Of a stretch of 25,374 nt of DNA, positions 8,249 through 16,700 are shown piece by piece. The position numbers and the translations under genes are program-made. The notes under the pieces are model-generated. The model made no database searches and was not told the DNA's origin. It saw nothing but the letters and a program-made list of their open reading frames with translations. Source of the DNA: a virus (lineage: Duplodnaviria > Caudoviricetes); the IMG/VR virus record IMGVR_UViG_3300047557_000097, positions 1-25,374 of that record. One strand, 5' to 3'. Position 1 is the first letter of the stretch, and each line of letters starts with the position of its first letter.

Positions 8249-8560
8249 TTATGCTCCTATTTCTTTTATTACTGTCGCTGTTTGTTTATTGATATTTTTT
8301 GCTGGTGGCATTTTATTGCCATCATAAGGTTTGCCTAGTACTTCGCTAGCCTTAATTGCCTCTTGAATCTTCGCCATAGAAGTTCCATTTGGCTGAATAC
8401 CTTGAGCCCTAGCGGCTTGATAGGCATTCAATTCTTGGTTAAATGCTTTATTAGGCATAGTCCTACGACTATCTGCATCACCTGTATTCATCTGTAAAGA
8501 AAGTGCTTTACATCCAAAACAATCATCTACTGGTTCTGGATGATATTCCCAATGTTTCAT
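8249..8560 (-). CDS. Hypothetical protein with an N-terminal HxxxH-x6-CxxC putative Zn site
   Basis: 103 aa, MKHWEYHPEPVDDCFGCK; ATGA overlap with the upstream gene. Confidence 0.6.
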   Translation of the reverse strand: MKHWEYHPEPVDDCFGCKALSLQMNTGDADSRRTMPNKAFNQELNAYQAARAQGIQPNGTSMAKIQEAIKASEVLGKPYDGNKMPPAKNINKQTATVIKEIGA

Positions 8561-8829
8561 ATAGCAGTAAAGTTGCTTTCTGTTATACCTACATCGCCAG
8601 CAATCAATGATGCTTTAGTAGCATCATCTACTGTGTAGTTATATCCACCACGATATACAACTGGATAGTTTAATAAATCACTATCTTGTGGATATCTAAT
8701 TTGTGCATATTGACCATTGTCATTTCTGACAATAGTTATACCACGGTCTATTTTATAAAAGTAAAATAACCTATGACCACCAGCAGGACCTTCTTCTACT
8801 GTTGGTGTTTTAAATAACCATTCGGTCAT
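8557..8829 (-). CDS. Hypothetical virion-associated protein (90 aa)
   Basis: True start is ATG 8829 (MTEWLFKTP) behind a perfect AGGAGG, rather than 8865. Confidence 0.65.
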   Translation of the reverse strand: MTEWLFKTPTVEEGPAGGHRLFYFYKIDRGITIVRNDNGQYAQIRYPQDSDLLNYPVVYRGGYNYTVDDATKASLIAGDVGITESNFTAI

Positions 8830-8851
8830 AATTCCTCCTAGTGAATTTACT

Positions 8852-8893
8852 GTAAGACACTGCAACGTATTCGCCGTATAAACAGTGTCTTAC
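8852..8893 (-). terminator. Stem-loop after the capsid gene (attenuator, terminator or processing site)
   Basis: Perfect 11-bp inverted repeat GTAAGACACTG (8852-8862) / CAGTGTCTTAC (8883-8893), 20-nt loop, no U tract. Confidence 0.55.
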
Positions 8894-8903
8894 CGTCAAT
8901 CAA

Positions 8904-10106
8904 CTATTTAGCAGCGATTGATGAACCAGTCTCAATGCGATACAAAGCCTCGTCACGATAAATTGCAAAGCCGAGTACGCCGTACCAGCCCATTGGGCGG
9001 AAGCGCATCAACTTATCAGTTACGTTACCGATAACAATGTGTGGTTCCTCTGCAACGGCTTCTGCCATTGCTTGTGAACCGCAAAGGATTGTGTCAAATA
9101 CACGGGTTACTGGGGTTACAGTTACAGTTGTTGTAGCAGTAACTGGAGCAGTATGTGCAACAGTTACAGTAATTGTAGTTGTATCTCCAGTGGTTGAAAT
9201 TGCACCAATTTTTGCAGTTGATGCAATACCTGTTCCAGAAATCTTATCGCCAACTTCTGCACGAGAAGCAATAACGGAAGATGAAGCAACACCAAGGGTG
9301 AAGCCTGCTGAAGCACCAGCAACAGTTACTGCTGTTGTGGTTAGAGCAGTCTGGTCAGCACCTGACTTAGAGTTAGCAAGACGTGAAGACTCTACGAAGA
9401 ATGCTCCTTCGTAATCTCCAATTTCTCCTGCCCAAATCTTGTCAACGTTGCCAGGTGTTTGTGCGTGAACAAAGTTCCAGCCCAAGTTACCTGACTCGGC
9501 ACGAAGGTCGTGTGAAACTTCTGGGTGGATACCACACCAGTAGTAAGAACCACGGCGAGCCTTAGCCTTGTTGGCACGTAACTTAGCAACAGCCTTGCGG
9601 ATGTCTGCTGAGTCAATTGTGTCAGAAGCAGTAAGAGTTGCTGTTGAAGTACGGCTTCCACCGTATAGAACATTTGAACCTGCGCCAAGAGTATTCATTG
9701 CAACAGTGTCAATAGAATCAGCAAGGTTGTATGCAATAATATTTGCAATTGCTGGGTCTACGTCTGCCAATGAGAATAACTCAAGAGCACGGGTTACTAG
9801 TACTGCGTTACCATACTCATTAAGAGTAATTGTTACAGATGTTGGTGTTGAAAGAGATACTGCATCTGGGTCAGTTGTCTCAGTTAGTGCGGTAGTTGCT
9901 TGGTCTAAATCTACATACTTTTGTAGTACGACTGTTGCTCCTGGGAAAGCCTGCTTAGCAGGACGCTTATCTGCGACTGAACGAATTAATGGTTCAGAGC
10001 GAAGCGCAAATTCCAGAAGGCGGTCATACGCCTTTTGTACTAGACCAGCACCACCAACGGAACCTCCAAGAGAGGTACTTGCGGTTGATGTATAGGCATT
10101 AGCCAT
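8904..10106 (-). CDS. Major capsid protein (HK97 fold, N4-gp56-family-like)
   Basis: 400 aa after the scaffold gene; strongest SD in the window (GGAGGTGA); TLNEYGNA, IHP.V..DLR, GEIG.YEG..FVES and DKLMRFRPMGWYG motifs. Confidence 0.9.
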   Translation of the reverse strand: MANAYTSTASTSLGGSVGGAGLVQKAYDRLLEFALRSEPLIRSVADKRPAKQAFPGATVVLQKYVDLDQATTALTETTDPDAVSLSTPTSVTITLNEYGNAVLVTRALELFSLADVDPAIANIIAYNLADSIDTVAMNTLGAGSNVLYGGSRTSTATLTASDTIDSADIRKAVAKLRANKAKARRGSYYWCGIHPEVSHDLRAESGNLGWNFVHAQTPGNVDKIWAGEIGDYEGAFFVESSRLANSKSGADQTALTTTAVTVAGASAGFTLGVASSSVIASRAEVGDKISGTGIASTAKIGAISTTGDTTTITVTVAHTAPVTATTTVTVTPVTRVFDTILCGSQAMAEAVAEEPHIVIGNVTDKLMRFRPMGWYGVLGFAIYRDEALYRIETGSSIAAK

Positions 10107-10135
10107 TTTGCGTCACCTCCAGTGACTATGAACTG

Positions 10136-10606
10136 TTAGGAATTGCGTAGAAGATTTAATAAATCATCCATTGAATCCACAGAATCAATCTGTCTTTCAA
10201 TGTCTACGGCTTTGTCTGGAGCAATTCCGCCTTGAGTTACAATATCTTGCTGACGTAATGCAGCAAGGTCTTTCTGCTTTTCTTCAACCTCTGATTGTGG
10301 ATTGTAGCCAATTAAATCTCCGTTATCACGAAGCCAAGAATCAATAGATTCTTCAGTAGCATCATTCACATCTTTAAGTATTAGACGAGCAGCCTTAGCG
10401 TTTACTCCCTTTTTTGCTAGGACTTCCGTGACGGTTCTTTCCTTACGTTCCTTGAGGAATCCTTCAAGTTGTTCGGATAGTTCTTTGATACGCTTTTCGT
10501 CAGCACGTTTGGCTTTTCTTAGTTTCTTAACTAAATCATCGCCAGTTAATTGCTGCTCTTGTGTATCTTGTTCGTCTTCGTCTTCATCCCAGTAGTTGTT
10601 GCTCAT
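10136..10606 (-). CDS. Capsid scaffolding protein
   Basis: Acidic N-terminus then a charged coiled coil (DLVKKLRKAKRADEKRIKEL), directly upstream of the capsid gene. Start ATG 10606 behind AAAGGGTGG. Confidence 0.75.
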   Translation of the reverse strand: MSNNYWDEDEDEQDTQEQQLTGDDLVKKLRKAKRADEKRIKELSEQLEGFLKERKERTVTEVLAKKGVNAKAARLILKDVNDATEESIDSWLRDNGDLIGYNPQSEVEEKQKDLAALRQQDIVTQGGIAPDKAVDIERQIDSVDSMDDLLNLLRNS

Positions 10607-10727
10607 AGCAACCACCCTTTCTATTCGTTGTTAGTCGCAAGCCTCAGTTCTATCCAGGGGTAGATAGGCTGGCTCTTGCTACCAGTCTTATACACCGTGT
10701 GGGGCTGGTCGGTCCACATCGGGATTC
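10607..10727 (-). promoter_or_regulatory. Candidate structured cis-regulatory RNA (pseudoknot plus long hairpin) upstream of the scaffold gene
   Basis: Largest intergenic gap inside the operon and GC-richer than its flanks; four helices plus a pseudoknot can be drawn by eye (see findings). Confidence 0.6.
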
Positions 10728-12182
10728 TTATATTGCTCCGCCTATATTTCTTGTAAGCGAAGTTCTACCTAGTCCTGAAGACCCGCTAAATGCAGCGGTC
10801 TCAAGTTGAGATAGTTGATTACGGGCACGTTTTGCAGATGCAAGCCCTTTAAATTCTTCTTGCTCGGCTGTTGTTTGATTGTAATTAATACCAGCCTGCT
10901 TATATATATTGCTTAGTAATTCAGTTCTAGGCAATATGTTTGCTATGTTTTCATAACCTTGACGGGCTCTTGCTAAATCTACGCCGTATCTTTGTAGTTC
11001 AGAAATTCTAGAAAGGTCAGATTGTAAACCATATTGTGCAGCAGTTGCACCAATTTCTGCAGTTGCTACTTTAGTTTCTAGTTCTGGTAATGTTTCTGTT
11101 GGAGATAAGAAATAAGCAACAATATCTGAATTAGTAATTGTTGGATAATATGTTCTTAATTGACCTAAAACTGCTGGATTAGTATTAGATAAACGATTAA
11201 CGGCTATACCAACACGACTACCTAATTCAGTATTAGATATGTCATTACCAATCAATGTAGCAAACTGTGCACGATTAGCCAGTCTTTGCTGACCATATCT
11301 TCTTAAAGTTTCTGAATAATCTTTTTCTTGTGCTAGATATTCTGCTTCAGATAAAACATTTAAACCTGCTTTTCTACGGGTTTCATTACCAGCAAATCTT
11401 GCTTTATATGATGGTAGATTGCGTAATTCAATTACTAATTGATTAGCACCCATTCTTGGGTTAACTAAACCAGTTTTAATATAGTTTAATATTTCAGTTA
11501 ATTCTGCTTCACTAAAACCATAACTACGCATTGTTTGCTCAACAAGAGAATACGCATCACGTTTTTCCTGAGATACATTATCTGTACCAGCACCAGGGCT
11601 AGAGCCAGGAGCAGAAGTACCTACAAATTTACCAGTGGCATCATATTGTCCACCTTCAACTTTATTACCTTGTGCATCAAATCCACCAACTGCAGGTGTA
11701 TAAGAAATACCATATTGACCATATTGACTTGTTATTTTTTTATAAGCATCTGCTTCTGAAATGCCTTGTGCAACAAGTTCAGCAATTTGTTTTTTCTGTA
11801 AAATTTCTGCCATAGCAGCAGTATTAACACTGCCATCTGGTTTAGTAACTTGTTTTTGTTCAGCAGCAGATAATTGCCCAGACAAAGGTGTGTCATTAAA
11901 ATAACCTTGTGCATTAATGCCACCACGAGAAGCAATATATTCTGGAGTCATACCTATTGCTCTAGCCTCTGCTTCTTTAGCAGCATTGCGTTCTGTACCA
12001 GTAATAGTTAATCCAGAAGATGGAGATACCATACCAATGCTAGTTGCAGCAGGTGGTCTACCTGTTGTTGGGTCTACACCAGTATAAGTTTTTCCATCAA
12101 TAGTTACTGTTTTAGTTTGCGCTCCGTATTGATTGGCTGCATTGTAGTTTCTTTCCCAGTTTTGATTATCTAAATAACCCAT
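10728..12182 (-). CDS. Putative internal virion / ejection protein (484 aa)
   Basis: Gly/Thr-rich N-terminus and helical C-terminal domain (YKARFAGNETR.K.GL..LSEAEYL); function inferred from context. Confidence 0.5.
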   Translation of the reverse strand: MGYLDNQNWERNYNAANQYGAQTKTVTIDGKTYTGVDPTTGRPPAATSIGMVSPSSGLTITGTERNAAKEAEARAIGMTPEYIASRGGINAQGYFNDTPLSGQLSAAEQKQVTKPDGSVNTAAMAEILQKKQIAELVAQGISEADAYKKITSQYGQYGISYTPAVGGFDAQGNKVEGGQYDATGKFVGTSAPGSSPGAGTDNVSQEKRDAYSLVEQTMRSYGFSEAELTEILNYIKTGLVNPRMGANQLVIELRNLPSYKARFAGNETRRKAGLNVLSEAEYLAQEKDYSETLRRYGQQRLANRAQFATLIGNDISNTELGSRVGIAVNRLSNTNPAVLGQLRTYYPTITNSDIVAYFLSPTETLPELETKVATAEIGATAAQYGLQSDLSRISELQRYGVDLARARQGYENIANILPRTELLSNIYKQAGINYNQTTAEQEEFKGLASAKRARNQLSQLETAAFSGSSGLGRTSLTRNIGGAI

Positions 12183-13757
12183 TTAAGCAGCCCCCCAAGT
12201 TTTAAGAATTGTATCTACAAGACCAGCCGCTGACTCATTGGCTTTCTTTGTAAACTTCCAATTTGGATTTTGTCTTAACATACCAGTATAAGTAATTGGG
12301 TCTATTAATTTATCAGCAGTCAAAGCAGATTGAACATCTGCATCAAATATATCTACAGCACCTTCTGCTAGTTCTAGTTCGCTAGTTTTAAGTTTTCTAT
12401 ATTGGTCTGCAATATCAGATACCTTTAAACCACCCTGAATATAAGAATCTAAACCTTTATATAAAGCCCTAGAAGCCATTTGAATACTTCTCTTTTGCTC
12501 ATCTATAGAACCACCTGGCAATAAAGCCTCGGCTGCTTTTTCTTTTATTTGAGCATCTGATAACTTAACACCATAATCATAGGCATAACTTTTTAACTTA
12601 GTATAGTTATCACCAATAGTACCGCCAGCATCTTGTAGTTCTAGCGGTTCTGCTTCTCTAATACCAGTGCTTATTACTTTACCCTTTTTGTCCATAGCAC
12701 CTTTGGTAATAAAATTAATACGCATTTCTAATCTATCTTGTTCAGATAATTGATTATAAGATGTTCCTCTAGTAGTTCTATTACCAGTAATAGGGTCAGT
12801 AACACTTGTACTTTGACTCATTCTGGCTAGTTCTTCTTTGTGAAGTTTTTGCCAGTATGCTTCAGCCAAGGCATCATAGTTATTTACTAAATCAAAATCA
12901 CCAACATACTGTTGAACCGTACGTCTAAATTCTGCTAAAGCATCAGCCCTAGTAGTTAGTCCACTACTCCGCATACTTTCTGTATACGGTTCTGGTGTCA
13001 TTACACGACTACGTACCCAAGAATCAAAACTATAAAAACCTTGAGAGTTAGCAGCACCAGGTTGGACAACTTTATCTTGTACCGCTTGACCTACTTGTGC
13101 TCCAGAATAAAAGTTATTTACAGTAATTTGCTGTAATGCTTTTTTAATTGCTTTAGCAAAATCTTCATCTTTATCTGTTATTGGACCACTACCAATAGAT
13201 TTTCTAAAAGCATCATTAGTTGCATAGTAATCTTTTAATTGTGTTTTATAATATTTAGCATCACCAGCAGGTATACGACTAAGATAATCTGCTACATATT
13301 TATCTAAATCACCAACTAAAAAGCGCTTACCATCAGCCGTTGGAAGAATAACTATAGGCTTTGGATTAGGTTGTTCAGGGGTTGAACGACCAGAAATGAA
13401 TGGTTCATTACTAATAGAGCCAGGACCACCAGCATTATAAGCAAGTGTTCCATCAACAAACTCTACGAAGTTTGTTCTTTCGCCAGTTGCTATAGGTTGA
13501 AATTGTGGTTGATTAATAGGTTCTTTTACAGTAGAACCTTTCGTTCCTCCACCAGTAGTAGGTGTTGAAGGAGCAGGGGCAGTCTTTAGATTAGCCTTAA
13601 ATAGTTTAAATGCTGGGTCTTGTTTAGGTCTTTTACCTGTAAAGTCAGACTGAGGGTCCATTTTATAAATCTTGTTAGCAATGTTTTTAACATCAGCATC
13701 TGACATACCAGGATTCTGGCGTTTTACCTCATCAATATAATACTGGAGATTATTCAC
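12183..13757 (-). CDS. Putative internal virion protein (524 aa)
   Basis: GTG start overlapping the upstream TAG; no catalytic motif recognised. Confidence 0.45.
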   Translation of the reverse strand: MNNLQYYIDEVKRQNPGMSDADVKNIANKIYKMDPQSDFTGKRPKQDPAFKLFKANLKTAPAPSTPTTGGGTKGSTVKEPINQPQFQPIATGERTNFVEFVDGTLAYNAGGPGSISNEPFISGRSTPEQPNPKPIVILPTADGKRFLVGDLDKYVADYLSRIPAGDAKYYKTQLKDYYATNDAFRKSIGSGPITDKDEDFAKAIKKALQQITVNNFYSGAQVGQAVQDKVVQPGAANSQGFYSFDSWVRSRVMTPEPYTESMRSSGLTTRADALAEFRRTVQQYVGDFDLVNNYDALAEAYWQKLHKEELARMSQSTSVTDPITGNRTTRGTSYNQLSEQDRLEMRINFITKGAMDKKGKVISTGIREAEPLELQDAGGTIGDNYTKLKSYAYDYGVKLSDAQIKEKAAEALLPGGSIDEQKRSIQMASRALYKGLDSYIQGGLKVSDIADQYRKLKTSELELAEGAVDIFDADVQSALTADKLIDPITYTGMLRQNPNWKFTKKANESAAGLVDTILKTWGAA

Positions 13758-16700
13758 TATGGTCTCGCTATCGCTACTGTAGGTGTGCTATAAACATCAT
13801 CTAGCAAAGGTCTAATAATGTTAGAGTATGCGTGTCCTAGTGTTGGATTAGCACCTGCTACATTTTCCAAATTAGTAATCCCATCTCTATAGACTTTCTC
13901 TAATGCTTCTTCTGAACCAAATTGTCCACGGATTTTTGTATCCTCAAAAACAACTAGCATTCGGTTAGCCAATGCTGTCATCTTTTGTAAGTTAGATAGA
14001 ACAACATCATTCTTTTGTTTTTCCATTAACTTCATAACCTCTGGGTCATTAGACATTGAATTAAGGTTATTAAATCTACCTAGTAAAGATTGTCTATTTT
14101 CCCAATTGCTATTAAGTAATACTTCTCTTAGGGCTGCGTTACCAGCAAGGATTACTTGCTTAGTATTTTTACCCTTTTCCATAAGGTCTTTCCGATACAT
14201 ATAGTTGTTTCGGTCAGGATTCTCTGGGTCATTAAGTAAACGTTGAACTTCTCTGTCTACATCAAAATACATTTGACGGTCTTTTACAGCAGCCAACTCT
14301 GTTAAATATCTTTTTAGTACTTGATTGTTATTATCAAATACATTATCTTTTTCATCTATTAAATCAGCAGCCTGTAAGAAATACATTACAGATGGGTCGT
14401 ATTCGCCAATATGTGGAGCAAATACCCAGCCTACTGTTGGATAATCTTTTAATAACTTAACGTTATCAATAGCCCATTTTTTAGTTTCTTGAGTGTAATT
14501 AATCGCAGTTCTTGCTTGTTGGCTATTCTTACTTACAGTATAAATTAATTTATCTGGATTTTCTGATGCAAAAATAGATACTGCTGTACCTATTGGGTCT
14601 TGTAAGTTATAACCATACTCAGCATTAACACTAAGTACACCACGAAGAATGTCACTGAACTCTTGACGGAAACTTACTATGCCAACCTCACGAAGTTCAG
14701 GCAAAATTCCTGGCTCTGTACTTCCTAGTGGAACTGGAGAAAGAATATTAAATCCAAGTTTACCAGCAACAACACTATGGGCTTGAAGTCTTAATCGGTT
14801 ATAGTATTGACCAAGTTTCTTTTCATCACCATAATCTTCTGGTTTTAATCTTGTCTTTTCATTTATCTGCATATAAGCACCTGCTTGATAAATTGCAGTA
14901 GCCATTGCACCAGTCTTATCAGCAAGTGGTAATGTATTCCAAGCATTTAATAAGTTAGTTGGTATTAAACCACGAAGCCAGGTTGTATTATCGCTCTGAG
15001 GACCAAGCAACCAGTTGTCTAATTCTTCGCCAATCTCAAGGGCTAACGGAGAACCAAATCTTGTACCTACTGTATTTAACAATTGTCTAGCACCTAATAC
15101 TGGAATTGCAATTGTAGGACCAGTAAGTGTTGGCAAACCTGAACCTTCAGCATAACCTGGATTTAACATAGATATTTTTAATGTGTATTGATTCCAGGCT
15201 GGTTGTTTAAAGAAGTCCCAGTTTTGACCTAAAACTGCTTGTGCTGTTCCAAGTGGATTCATTAACGCAGCAAAGGCTGGGGCTACGGTTCTCCAGAAAA
15301 GACCATCATTAGGTATAAGAACATACTCAGTACCATTGTCATCTGTGTATGTCATACCGCTACCGTCCATAGCCTGACTAAAATGACCTAAACGATATAG
15401 AACTCTTTCTGGATGACGAGTACTAAATCTAACTAAACGTCTTGTATAATCTTCTACTGCTCTGTAAAAACGTCCAGCAACACGAAGATTAAACGCTAAT
15501 TGTGTTTTAACTTCTGGATTATCAACATACTTTAATATGTCATTGGCTGCATTTCTGCTAGCCATATTAGTAAAGTAAATACTTGCTTGAATTGAAGCAT
15601 TTTCAGCAGGAACACCTTGCTTAATAAGCGAAGCCTCATAGGCTGCTTCTTCTGTTTTCATATTCTTACGTTGGTCAATATACTTTATGTTAAAAGCATC
15701 CACTGAAAATAGGTCATTTATCTGCCTATCCATCATTTCCCAACCAATGTTGCCGTGTTTCTTATACCAAGAAACTGGGTCTACCATAAGAGGAAAATCA
15801 ATATCAGTTCTTACTGCACCTTGAAGACCAAATCCTTTGCTTAGTTCTTCAAATTCTTGAAATGACATATTACGTACATATCCAGATGCTAAACCGCGTT
15901 CTAATTCATATTTTTGTCGTCTTGCAATTTCTTTAGGAGTTAAACTAACTAGTTCTTCTCCAACTGCAGTACGGCGCATAGCGTCTTTACCGCGGAATGC
16001 ACGAGACTTGGCTACTTTTTCTAGTCCACTTTGAATTTTACCCGTAATTGCTGAGTATAAAGCCTCATTAAACCTATCAGAACTACCGTGAAATACAGTA
16101 TACATTTCAGCAGCAGAGTAACGAATTATAGATTCAGTAATTTCTGAGTCTTTTAAACCCACTGCTTTGAGACTAGAGGTTTTACCAAACTCACTATTAA
16201 ATTCTTTTACTCTTGCAACGTTTTTATCAGGTACTGTCCACTTACCTTCAGCAGATTTTTCATATCCAATCCGCTTCATTGCATCATCTACATATGCAGA
16301 TACATCATCTGCTGTTTTTAATGCACCATATCTAACAAACAAAGAACCAAAGTCTACATTTTTCCAGATATTCTTTCCAAAATATTTATAGAAAGAAGAA
16401 AAATGAACAAGGTTTTTATCTGCATTTGTTAAGTCATTGTAAACATCATTCTTATAAACGCCAGTTGCTTTACGTCCAGCAGCCTCAAGGGCTTCTGAAA
16501 GCGTAGACTTGCCATAAATTTCAGCAGCAACAGTGCCATCTACCAATGTATTAGCAAAATTAGCAGCAACTGTAGATTGAATCATAGCCTCAACTGATTG
16601 ATTGTTATACATTAACAATTCAGCCATATAACCATTAGACTCAGAATCTAATTTACTACCATACTTAGCCATAATTGTAGAAGCCAAGCGTTCTTCAAAC

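Noticed and set aside
9037-10095. Plus-strand ORFs (125, 60, 175 aa) and an alternative-frame ORF over the capsid gene; similar shadows at 666-986, 2357-2685, 20154-20501 and elsewhere
   Set aside because: Contained in well-supported minus-strand genes and explained by codon bias.
10607-10727. Pistol or HDV-like ribozyme, or SAM riboswitch, as identity of the scaffold leader
   Set aside because: The hairpin-plus-pseudoknot start is superficially pistol-like, but I could not place the conserved core nucleotides or helix order of these classes.
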